A stretch of DNA of 64,000 nucleotides from Podarcis erhardii (lineage: Eukaryota), in the NCBI GenBank assembly GCA_964252035.1, contig OZ176204.1, one strand, 5' to 3'. This document shows, in pieces, positions 13,133-24,976 of this stretch. A program made the translations under genes and the position numbers. Position 1 is the first letter of the stretch, and every line of letters begins with the position of its first letter. A model generated the notes under the pieces. It was not told the DNA's origin. It saw only the letters and a list, made by a program, of their open reading frames with translations, and made no database searches.

Positions 13133-15520
13133 GCTCTACAGAATGTCAACACTATTTATACTACATCACCTGAGCTGTCAGAGTAGCACAGGGCTAGCAT
13201 ATCCTGACAATGTCTGTTGCTGGTAATTCTAGAAGTCTCCCAAGTGGATTAACTATTTGGAAACATTCCAAACAGTTTGGAGTATTGTGGAAAGAGACCA
13301 GTATAGAAGTGCTAATGGAAAATGCCAACAGCTTGTGAACTGCCAGACCTGGTGCAAGGGGACACAATGCAAAACCACTATCTAACCTGTAAGCTGCACT
13401 TTTGAGGTGGCAGCTCAGAGTCAAACCATAATTTATTCACTGCTATTTATAGTAAATATGTGCTAGTTCTTGTCTAATGTAAAGAAACTGCTAGAAACTA
13501 GCATGAACATTATAAGTGGAGCATGCTACCTTTAATATCAATAAATTCAAATGTCAAATTTAATTATAATTGCGCACCTCTGAAGTAGAAGGAAAGTGTT
13601 TTCTAATGAAAATTAACAAACTGTGCCAGCAATTTTCACACAATATATTCTGACACTTTGGAAATCAATAAATAATTAGGATGCTGGTCAAAGCCAAACA
13701 GGCACACCAAGACACCTGTTCTCTCCTTGGCCATTTTCCCAATCAGAATATTGTGCATGGAGATTTGTTATTTATAGGGGCATGAAGAACTGGCATATTC
13801 TGTTTCACTGTTCAGGTTTTGCCATCTTTGTCTTCATAGCAACCTGTGCTGTTCTTCTACTAGTGTCATGTTTAAAACATCAGTTGGAAACAACTGCAGA
13901 AAAGGGGAAAGGACCAAGCTTGTTGACCTAGCTACATGATAAAAAGGAGATTCAGTACCAAAAACAGAAAAAGTATAGCATGGTTAGCTCTTAATCTTAT
14001 GATGCAAACCATCCCATACATAAAATGCATCTAAACTCGAGCAACATAGGTTTTGACTGCTTTTGAATAAAATGCTAAGCCTTAATCTGTTTTAACAAGC
14101 CAGGACATAGCTCAAAGATTATGATTTGTTTCACTTAAATGATGGTTTGCTTCTCTTCCCACCCATCCCAAATCTCTTCTGTCGGTGGCTATCACAAATG
14201 CTCCCTCTTTGAGACTGGAGTGATCTCTCTGGCCATACCATATGGCTTAAAGTTTGCTTTGAAACAAGAGCCAACCCATCCCATGTCAAGCATCAACAGC
14301 CAAACTGTTTTGGGGAGGGTTCATCTCTTTGTAGCTGTGATAGTTCACGTGTAATCTCATAGTGATGGGTAACCTCAAGAGTATAAGGACTTTCAACAAA
14401 AAGTGACTAAGTGTGGACTGAAGCATTGGGCAGCTAGCTAATCCATATGTACCCACAGAGAAAACTCAGCTACTCTGACAGACACACAGAAGCATTCTGC
14501 CATAATTGGCACCATTTTGGACCTCCTTCTTTATGATGTATCCATAAATGTATCCTCCTTCTTTATGATGTATCCAGTAGCCACTTTGGTCTCCAGTGTT
14601 GCCACCAAAAGTTATTTTACTGCTTGGTGCAGTCAGTGAATATGTTATGCTTACCATTTTGAGCTTGAGAAATCATTCAAGACCTCCCCCCATGGAAACA
14701 GATAACCCCAACTTGGTAGCTGATTTCAAGGTCAACATATTTTGCTATGGAAACACCTATTGTTTTATCTTTTACTATTTATATGTTCAGTTCCTCTGAC
14801 ATTTTCTTCTGGAAATGCTCGATCCTAAGAACCCCATGAACATCAAAGCTCAGTAGGACCCAACCATACAATAAATATAACTCTCCTTAGAAATGAGCAG
14901 ACTGCAGAATTCAAGTACCCAGAAGGAAAGGTTAATAATCCAAAACTTCCTAGGGGCAGAAGTGGCTAACTTTTTTGGTCTGCAGGCTGCTTTCAGCCTT
15001 GGACAACTTCCTATGGGCCATATGCCAGGAAGTGGGTGTGGTCAGCTGAAGTAGGTGTGGATTATGAAGAATGCTAATGTGGAATTCAAGTTCAATAGCA
15101 GAAGGTACAATACATTTTACAGTATGTTTGGCTCTGCAAACATGCTAATGCGTAAGAGCCCTTTTTTGCTAAGACGGTACAAGTCTCAACAAATTCATGA
15201 TCCTATTCCCACAGCTACATTGTCTCCGGAGAGTTAGATATTATAAACGGAGCTGACTGTATAAACACATAAATTGTTTTTCCCATTAATACGTGAGATT
15301 TTTAAATTATTTTTGACAGAGAAAGTAAAGACACAATAATAAAATGGTGACTCAAGTTAGTGGCTTATATCCAATACACTCCTTCACAAAGAAAAGACAG
15401 CTTTCCCATCACTCTGCAATTTTTGTGCCACCTCCCATTCTGTTCTGGAGGATCCCCAGTTCTCCAAAGCAGATGTTTGTGGAGGAAGAGGCTGCAGTGG
15501 TAAAAATTGCCTCTCATAGG

Positions 15521-15668
15521 ATATAAGGTGCCTTGTACATAGCCAGACCATTGGCAACAGTTCACCAAGGTTTCAGACAGAAGTTTTATCACAGCCCTGT
15601 CTGGAGATACTGTGAACTGAATGTGGGGTTATTTGCATGCAAAGCATGTACTCTACCACAGAGCTACA
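15521..15668 (-). mobile_element. tRNA-derived SINE (degenerate)
   Basis: The reverse complement begins GTAGCTCTGTGGTAGAGTACATGCTTTGCATGCA, a tRNA-like head with A box. Same family as 35860. Confidence 0.55.
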
Positions 15669-16874
15669 AACAGTCTCACCTACTGAGCTAAAGATTCCCC
15701 TCCATTCCATGAGTGAAACCCCAAATGTAAGGATCCAACCAAATGAAATTTATTAGGATAAAGGATAAAAATTGGGGCAAGAAACTAGCTTATACAGCTA
15801 AGGGTTGTAGCCAAACATGTCACTCAGCTGCCAATAAGGCTTGCATCAGCAGAACTAAGAGAGAAGCATTATTTGACCATTTCCCATATAAACCTCTGAA
15901 TCTGTTCCAAAGGGTTCAAGGGCCCTCCAGAACAGATTTACAGGGGGAGCAGAGGGAGGGGGAATAATTGCATATTGCTTCCCTCCCCACTCTACTGATG
16001 GAAACCTCACTCTCACCTGTGTCCACATAGCCCAGCACTTTCTACTTGATTAGCAGCAACTTTCCTGGTATTGAGGTAGAGATGTCTTCCGCAGCCCATC
16101 TACTCAGGGACTGCAACCTCTGACCTTAAACATACTAAGTTTCTGCCATTTTTTTATCATTATTATTCATAAGTGTATTTCTTAAAATGTTTCAACCTCT
16201 AAGAATTGATTCTGTGTGGTTCTTAAAATAAGAATCATTCAAGGCCTAGATGGGAAACCTCTGGCCCACAGACCCAATTAGGCCTGGAATGGGTCCTAAT
16301 TTGGCTTGTGAAGCTGTTCCTCACAAACAGCCCCTCCTGCCATACACCTGACATCCTATGGGACTCAGTGTCTTTCCCAGGGAGCCCCAATGGGATCAGT
16401 TGCACTGCAGTGGAAAATGGAAGTTTCAAAGGTGTTTTTTGTAGCTGGCAAATGCCTGTTTGGCAGAGACAACAACCCGCTTTGAAGGTGCGTTCCTGTG
16501 GCCGATCACGCACCTTCAAAGGAAATTGCTGTATGAATGGTAGTTTCAGCAATCTCATTAGAACACTGACATGTGTCACCTGCTTGACATCATTGCAATG
16601 TTGTGTGACTGACCAGAAAGTGATCCCACACACTGTAAAAGTTGACCTGCAGGGAGTAGGGGAAGTTAGAATCCAGCCCACTGACTGGATCTACTTTCCT
16701 ACCTCTGATTCAAGGGGTCAACAATTTTTAGGTTCCAGCTTCCTTATCTGTCAGTGAGGAATCTGGCCAAATTAAAGTAAATAAAAATAAAAACCTAACC
16801 TAACAGAGGATATGATTATGGTTCGTACCAGTCCAGGGATCGCTTCACGGTAAAATTTTCTGAGATTTAATAAC

Positions 16875-17010
16875 ATTCTATTTTGAACTTTGTTGAACTT
16901 AATGGGTTGGACTAAGACCCATAGCATGCTTAGAGCAGACCCAATGAAATCAGCAAGACTTAGGATACTCAATGGGCCTATTCTAGGCATAACTTTAGCC
17001 TGGATCTAAC
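16875..17010. mobile_element. Small palindromic MITE (TTAGAGCAGACCCAATGAAATC family)
   Basis: A related imperfect palindrome recurs at about 32320-32435 and 53500-53620. Confidence 0.45.
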
Positions 17011-17144
17011 ACCCTGAACAAATATTTGAATACTGCTGTTTAAATACTATAGTTTAAATTTCTCACCCCTTTTCAACTGTCTCTCTATTGGTGCAGAATA
17101 TTTCCACAACAGGCATGTTGCCTGGATTTTGAATTATTAGATAC

Positions 17145-17291
17145 CTTGCATCCAGCATGTGACCGGGTTTTCATTAATGGAGTTGTAGTGCACAGCTCAA
17201 TGGCTTCTGGCTCATGGAAGATCACTGTGGGGAGAGGTTCCTTCCGAAGGGTTAAGACATTTAGCTTAGTCTTCAACATGGTCTGAAAGTG
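17145..17291 (-). CDS. PID1: PID1 (PTB-containing, cubilin and LRP1-interacting protein / NYGGF4) coding exon 2, 147 nt, phase 0-0
   Basis: Translates HFQTMLKTKLNVLTLRKEPLPTVIFHEPEAIELCTTTPLMKTRSHAGCK, nearly identical to the human PID1 segment as I recall it (HFQTMLKSKLNVLTLKKEPLPAVIFHEPEAIELCTTTPLMKTRTHSGCK). Long polypyrimidine tract plus TAG acceptor (17292-94) and AAG|GTATCT donor (17144). Confidence 0.96.
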
Positions 17292-18165
17292 CTAAATGAA
17301 AAAAGAATAAAAAAGACAGAAGATTTTTATTTTATTTTGCAGAATTTATGTGTTTAAATTCAAGACAACGAACGTGAAGGTCAATATTTCTACCTGACTT
17401 GTTCTAATGATCTGTGCAGTGACATGGAAACAATGCTGGAAGGAATGAAAACTGCTTTAAGTTCATGTAAAAATCCAAGATAGGGAGGTTTGAAATATAT
17501 GCTTTTCTTTTTCATTTTTCAAATTACAAATGAAGAGAGAGAGGAAGAGAGAAAAAACATTAACACAGGACATTGAAAAGATTGGTTTGGATCCAAACCT
17601 ACTCTTGTGAAAGTAGAATGCTCTTGAGCTCATGGAAGGTAGCCCTCTGATTTCCATCAATTCCCCCTTTCTTCTGTAGTCCTCTATGCCACATCTTACA
17701 TTGTTATGCCATATCTTACATTTCTGGGGCCACAGAAAGCTTTAGTGAGGAAGAAGGGACAGGAAAACCAGACTAACTCCATTGGTAGCTCTGCAGAGAG
17801 ACTCTGCCATTTCCTTGTTTCTTTCCTTCTGAGGTGATTCCACTAAGCAGCTAAGCAGCCCTTCCAATGACCTCCCCCATCCCATCCCATCCCCACCCCA
17901 CTCCTCTGATCAGCAGGAAATAGTTAACTAGCGAGGGAAATGGGCCTGAGAAGACTGGGGACTAGGGAGAGGTTAGCAAGTCAAACAAGAAAGCCCTGTA
18001 AGGCTGCATCTGGTCCCAAAACTGGGAGCTTCCCACCTCTCTCTATGGTCTATATGTACTGTATATTTGTAGATAAATCAAATATTTCAAAATACCATAT
18101 GTCTCCAGCAATCACTCTTCCAAAAGGAAGTCAAGCTCAAGATTTTCACCACCCATGGTAGTGGT

Positions 18166-18793
18166 CAAGGCCAGATTTAGGTTTGATGAGGCCCTAAGCT
18201 ACTGAAGATAATGGGGCCCTTTATATGTCCAGCTGTCCTTTGTCAACAACAAATTGACACTGGGTTTTTTGTGTTGAATATATGCTACATGGTAATTTAT
18301 GGCCTTAATAGGCATCTAAAGCCATTTGCACATTAAAAAATACCGTAGATTTTGGCATATAAGATGACTTTTTAACCCCAGAAAAGAGGTTTAAAAGTCG
18401 GGGGTCGTCTTATACGCCGAGTATGGGCAACATGGAGCAGAGCCCACCCACTACGGCGGTGGCGGCGGTGGCTCCGAAGCAGCAGCAGCCAGTGGCGGGC
18501 TCCGCTCCACGCCGGGCGGCTTTCTCCCAGCACGGAGCTGCCCAGCGTATTAGGCTACTGGGCTTATAAGACGAACTCCCAAATTGCAGCTGCCAATTTG
18601 GGAGGTCGTCTAATATGCCCAGTCGCCTAATATGCCGGAATCTACGGTATGTATTTTATCAAAGTAATTGTTGAACTGAAATACAATTAAGAAGAAGTAT
18701 CCAGATTTTTTTCTTTTAGATTTTTGGGGGGGACCCCAAGAGAGTGGGGCCCTAAGCTATAGCTTGTTTAGCTTATACGTAAATCCGGCACTG
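18166..18793. mobile_element. Non-autonomous hAT element carrying a nested TcMar MITE
   Basis: TIRs CAAGGCCAGATTTA / TAAATCCGGCACTG. 8-bp TSD GTAGTGGT (18158-65) / GTGGTGGT (18794-801), 7/8 match. Confidence 0.8.
18343..18647. mobile_element. TcMar (Tc2-like) MITE nested in the hAT element
   Basis: TA TSD (18341-42 and 18648-49). TIRs CCGTAGATTTTGGCATA / TATGCCGGAATCTACGG, subterminal TAAGACG/CGTCTTATA motifs, CpG-rich core. Confidence 0.8.
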
Positions 18794-19675
18794 GTGGTGG
18801 TAAGCACAAAACACTATGCATTCTCAGGTTCACTTTCTCCAAGAACTTCCCACCATTCAAAAGGGAATTTAAACTACCAATCCATCACCAATCAACACTT
18901 TATTATGGTCATAGGCCAGCATAAGGAGGGAGGGGGTACAGTCATTCAAAATCTATTTTTAAGAAACCACTAAAATGAGTTAAAACAGAAAATATATATA
19001 AAAGTCCATAAGAATCCAAAAGAGGCAAAGAATGTCTAAAAGAAGGGTTAGGAACATCAGACAAGAGTGAAAGAGAGCAAAAGGCTAGTATATATAAGAC
19101 CACAGCTAACAGTCTACAGAGCACTCCAATATGAGTGCTCATTATATCTAGTTTGTGACACAGGTCATCAAAGGCATGCTGTGTGTCTGAGTGCCCATGC
19201 AATCTACCTGCACTGAATAACTTTCCACAGAATATACAGTTCAGTGTGCAATGTGTGCATTTCACTAAAAGCAATGCAGCCCCAGCAGGCAGCAGCCACA
19301 CTTCGGTGTGCGTTCAAGTTTAAGTCTACAAACTACATGGTTATATCTTTTTTCACTGTCCCCCATCTACTTTTGTTTTATGTAATCACAGATGTCCCAC
19401 GGATGCTTTATTTACAAAGGCCATGTAATAAGAATTCTTTATACAAATTTCACAAGAAGTTCTCAGCAACAAACAATTAGCATACTTTACATAAACACAA
19501 TATTGGTGACCCCGGCAAAACAGTATGAAAAGTTATTGAATGAAAAGTTAACCACAAACCAAAATAAATAAAGCTATCATAATGGTAAGTGGTTACACAC
19601 TTGAAAAACCATAAACATGAAAAGTGTGCATAAGTAATAGCTGCTTTGCCATCCTACTCATGTATCATGCTACAT

Positions 19676-19927
19676 CATGGGTAGGCAAACTAAGGCCCGG
19701 GGGCCGGATCTGGCCCAATTGCCTTCTAAATCCGGCCCACAGACGATCTGGGAATCAGCATGTTTTTACATGAGTAGAATGTGTCCTTTTATTTAAAATG
19801 CATCTCTGGGTTATTTGTGGGGCATAGGAATTCGTTCAGTTTTTTTCTTTTGAAATATAGTCCGGCCCCCCACAAGGTCTGAGGGACAATGGACCGGCCC
19901 CCTGCTGAAAAAGTTTGCTGACCCCTG
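19676..19927. mobile_element. hAT-Charlie (MER58-like) MITE
   Basis: TIRs CATGGGTAGGCAAAC / GTTTGCTGACCCCTG with GGCCCG subterminal repeats. 8-bp TSD TGCTACAT / TGATACAT, 7/8 match. Confidence 0.82.
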
Positions 19928-20747
19928 TGATACATAGGTGCACCAATATTTCCTTACTGTTTTTACAAGCAGTTCAGTTTCCAAAAAACTTCCACAACAG
20001 TAAGGAAATGATTAAGGTTGCTGTTAATTCAATACACTGAAATTAGTTCGAAGATATTTCCCATCAAATTTACAAGTCAGCAGTTGATACTAAATTCTTT
20101 CCTTGTCGCACATTTTGCTTGCCATCCTTTTCTCATACACTTGGCTTGTTCTGATCTTAACTAATATGTCCAGACCAGACCTAATTTTGGTAGTGATTCA
20201 TAAGACTGAGAGCAGCCATTGCCAGAGCTAGGCTGCATAACTGCTAATATAATCTTCTCTCATCTTCCCAATTTTAAACTAGAAAAATTATATGGAAGAA
20301 GATTCAGAAGCAAACAAGCACATTTATATTATCAGTTAGTCCCCTGTTAAACTTCATGTGCTTGACAAAAACATTTCTATTTCAGCAGGCATTTTTAAGT
20401 AAGCTTTCTGTTTTATTATGATTTTAATTGATTTTGCCCATTGAATGATTTTTGTAATCTTATGAATACTGCTTAAAAACTTCAGCGATTAAGCGGTATA
20501 AAAGTAGTTGTTGAGGATTCCTTCTAGCAGTGGTGAAAGTGGATGTGCACCTTAAGACATTGTATGGTGAGAGCATATGCACCTATGACCAGTGCCTGTA
20601 CCAGGCTATTTTGCACCATAGGCAAGCCACACACCCAAAATGCTAACATCAGTTTTTCTGTGGGGAGTAAATTGTGCAGATGGGACACTGTCACAGTACA
20701 CATGATGCACATGCATTATGTGGTACCTGAAATACATAGTTGAGGAA

Positions 20748-21648
20748 ATAATTACTACTACTACTAATAATAATAATATTTATACCCCACCCATCTGGCT
20801 GTGTTTCCCCAGTCACTCAAGGCAGCTTACAGCACATAAAAATTGTAAAGCATTAGGCATTGAAAATTTCCCGATACAGGGTTGCCTTCAGATGTCTTCT
20901 AAACGTCAGATAGTTGGTTTATTTCCTTGACATCTGATGGGAGGACGTTCCACACGGCGGGTGCCACCGAGAAGGCCCTCTGCCTGGTTCCCTGTAACCT
21001 AACTTCTCGCAGTGAGAAAACTGCCAGACGGCCTTTGGAGCTGGACCTCAGTGTCCGGGCTGAAAGATGAGGGTGGAAACGCTCCTTCAGGTATACTGGA
21101 CCAAGCTCATTTAGGGCTTTAAAGGTCAGCACCAACTTTGAATTGTGCTTGGAAATGTACTGGGAGCCAATGTAGGTCTTTCAGGATATGTGTTATATGG
21201 CCTCAGTGGCCACTCCCAATCACTAGGATGGGCAAGGATCAAGGAGACAGGTAGTCAGTTTCACTCATCCAAGCAGCCTGTCCACATCCTCGGAGATAAC
21301 AGATTGGAACTGATCCCATGCAACTTGACTAGACAGGACTCTAGCACTCTCCTGCCCCGGCCCTGCTACCACAGTGGAGTCTACCTCTTTCTGAATCTGA
21401 GTGACTTTATCTGAAAAAAAAAACTGCAAAATCATTGCAGGAGATCTTGGGGTCCTCACTAGGCCCCAGTGGTGGAGGTGGTTCCATTATTAGACTGCCA
21501 CCTAAAGGAGTTTCCTGCTGCTGCTTTCTGTGGATGCAATAGAGGCGGTGAAGAAGGTCCTCTTCACCATTACTATCACCAATTGCTAGCTTGACGTTCA
21601 GCTCTAACCCGTGTTCGGTCCAATTCAGAGTGAGTTTTCTGCCTCCAG
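20748..21648 (-). mobile_element. L2 copy of the same subfamily as 3448-6990, 5'-truncated and internally deleted
   Basis: (TAA/CTA)n tail. 20770-21225 aligns to about 3480-3937 and 21225-21648 aligns to about 5046-5465 of the long copy. Confidence 0.88.
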
Positions 21649-24600
21649 AAATGGGCATACACCTGCTCCTCCAATCCACGAAGTAAAGCGGCAGCTGCTC
21701 AGCATTAGTATGAACCAGGCAGATGTCTGGGATTTGAAACATGAATATTAACTTATTTTGTAGGTTACTACCCACAGCAAATGTGTTGACTTTAATTCTG
21801 ACTTTGAAAAGTTGTCCATTTACCTTGATAGTCAATGATAAAGTAATCACCAGTTCAACAGAATGTTTACATAATAATATGTACATTTTTTAATTACGTA
21901 GCGTTTCATCTTCCCCACATTATCTACTCAGCCAGATCACATTTCACATACTTTGGTCTTTTGCTACTACTTTGATATGTAACTATTAGCCCCACTATCG
22001 CAGCTGAATGTATTTGGAAGGCAAACTGTTCCAACCAATACAGTCTTGCGCAATGTTATAAAGCCACAAATGAAGACAGGTAATACGTTGTACAGATAAG
22101 TGTAGCCAATTAGAGAAGAGAGCTATTTATATAGCTATGCTTACCGGTACTTTTCAACTATATAGCTTCATCTTGGCAGACTGGAGTATGGCCAAGGCAA
22201 CCATGGCACAACTTTAGTTAGGGAGGGGAAAGGAAGAGGGAGATGCTTTTTGAGGAGATTAGGGAGGCACAGCTGCCAAGCTACTCCATATAAACACTAA
22301 AATGGAGTCTGAGGTGTCTTCCAGCTTCCACAGACAAAGAGAGACCAGCTTCTTAAGAAAACTAGCTGTTTATTCAGGATGTAAAACTACTGAAACCCAG
22401 CCTCTCATCAGAGTTAAAGCCATCTCCTCCCTCCCCCCCCCCCCCATACTCCCATTAGAAGGTAGATTTCCTTTATGGCCTTTATGGATTTTAGATGCAT
22501 CATCCATATTTTCTTGGATGCCTTAATTTTATTCCCTCAGATCACCATCAGAATTTGGGTCGGGGGGTAGAAGCAGGTTTCTACTATTGTATTACTTTTC
22601 TATAGATTTTTGCAATAATCTAAAGTAGTGAGTTAATCTTAAACAAGCCCAAGATCTGGTGCAGCACATGTTGCAAGATACATATGCTTTCGTATCACTC
22701 AGGAATAATAACTACAACTCTATCAAATTCAATGAAATGTTAGAGTGTAAAGTTGCCCAACAAAGTCTGATTGTCTTGAAATACAGTATACATGCTTTTC
22801 CAAAGTGTTTCTGTAAATCCTCTAAACATGCATATAGAAAGATTACTTGATCAGATCTTTTGCCATACAGAGTCATGAATCTCTCTGAACTAGTGAGCAA
22901 AAAGCTGGGGTGAAAGAGATAGACTAATGCAAAAGAAGTTTCATGTTATGTGGAGTTCTGGCCCAGGGAGAATATCAATTTCATATTTTCTCAGCTACAA
23001 GCATTACGTAACATTGATTTAATTTTCAACTATTTTATTTCAGCATTTATAGTATCGGCTGAGAACAACCACATCGGGTTGTCAGGGCGGGAGAAATTAT
23101 TATCAATGAAGTTGCTATTGGAAACAAATGCAGAGGAACTGTTTTCTTCAAAGCTTCTTCGTGCATCTCTTACCAGTCATCACAAAGTAAAACCTTCACT
23201 TTTTCAAGCATGGGGAAATGAAATTATATTGACTATCTAGGTTCAAGGAACAACAGACTTCATTTGTTTTAAAGCCCCATGCTTCTAAAATGGTCTAATA
23301 TTTGCCTGATGTAATATAACACTTCATCATTTTGCAGAACAGCAAAGGTCCAAAGGCCCTTCAGCTTAAATAAGTATGCGAAACTTTGGGTAAATAATAT
23401 AAAATAAAAATAATAAGTGTCCAACTATGTTTTACTTCTTGTACCATACAAGTTTCAACTGCACAGTATTGCAGCACTGGCATTGGTACTTCTTGGAACT
23501 GGGATGTGGGAATAGTGCATGAAGATGAAAAGGTCCTTATTTAAAGCGATGGCTTAAAGCTTAAGCATGGAGAATTATTAGCAGCTCTGGAAGACAGACC
23601 ACCTCAGCTCCAGAAAAAAATTTGTAGAATTCTGCTGGTGACTTTGAAAAACCATCTAAAAATGGAGGTAGCATTGTGAAGCATAGAGGAATAAAGAAAA
23701 TGTTAACAAGCTAGTCAAGATTACACTTTCTCAGAAGCCTCCCAAAGAAGTCAAATTAAGAAATCACACAGAGATCAAATAACTCTAGCTAACATAGATA
23801 TAAGGCTACATCTGTCTTAAGTCTAGGGGACAAGTTGTGCTACATGATGCTACAAGATATGTTTGGGTGTCTGAAAACCTACTGAGGCGAGAGTAGTTCC
23901 TAACAGCTGGGGCTGTATTGTATTCTATTAGGAGGGTCTTTTTCTATAAAGAAATTCACTGGCTAGGATCCAGAGTCAGAGGAAAGATAAAACAAGAGAA
24001 AGAAACTGACAACACAAGAATTTGAGCATTCTCAAAGTCATCTGCTCTCCAAGCCGCTGAGAAAAATAAAATAACAACATCCTGGTAAACTCAGGTGAAG
24101 GCTATGGTTCAATGAGTAAGAACATGAGCTTATGGTTATGTGTGTTGCAGATAAGTGTTTAATAGTTATTGTACTTGTTTCAAAATCATTAAAAATGTGT
24201 TAAAAATGTTTTATGATCCTGGACTTCAAAGAAACTAAAAGTTTGGGTGGGCGAGTGGTGTAACTTGTATTTGTCCCTGTCACCAAGTGTCCCAACTTCT
24301 CCTTTTCAAGGAATGATGCATTAACTTGAAGAATCAAAGGACTAGAGGAAATTGCACCAGGAGCATCCTGCACCAGGTGACCATTCTGCCAACACCTCCC
24401 TGACCTGAGGTCACATTGCCACTCACTTACTCTAGTCCCAAAACGCTGATGGGACCAATGTCTTCCCCATGCCTTAAGAGTATCAAACTGCTGAAACAAG
24501 CAAGGCCTAATTAACCAGAAGCACCTCATCTGCTGGGGTGGAGGGTGGAACTAACCACCCAGACTGAGCTGTAGACTTATTTAAATCTAGTCTGAGTTTA

Positions 24601-24746
24601 TCTATTTCTGAAGTGCAACTAGTGAAAGGTCCACTCCAAGTTCGAACTTGAGAGGGGAGTTTGGAAGCCCATAGAAACAGCTTTGTTAAATCAATTATTA
24701 TGAATGCCCTTACAAGGCTGTATCTCAGCCAACACAGCACACCTTG

Positions 24747-24976
24747 GAGAACCAGTGTGCAGTAGTGATTACAGTGTCAAACTAGGACCTGGGAGACCAG
24801 GGTACAAATCCCCACTCAGCCATGAAGGTCACACCTTGGACCAGTCACTGTCTCTCAGCCTAACCTAACCCATAGGGTTGTTGTAGGGATTAAATGAGGG
24901 CAGGGAGACCCATGTACACCAGGTTCTTGAGCTCCCTGGAGAATTGGTGGGATATAGGTGCAATAAATAAATAATA
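24747..24976 (+). mobile_element. Squam3-like tRNA/CORE SINE with L2-type tail
   Basis: Head GGAGAACCAGTGTGCAGTAGTG, B-box-like GGTACAAATCCC, CTAACCTAACC..AGGGTTGTTGT core, and (AATA)n tail. Confidence 0.65.

Noticed and set aside
14466-14657. 63-aa minus ORF as an extra PID1 exon
   Set aside because: No similarity to PID1; part of its apparent pattern comes from the 23-bp duplication.
1-17144. PID1 final (PTB-domain) exon beginning VTYLGKV
   Set aside because: Not found in the ORF track or by eye; it must lie left of the window.
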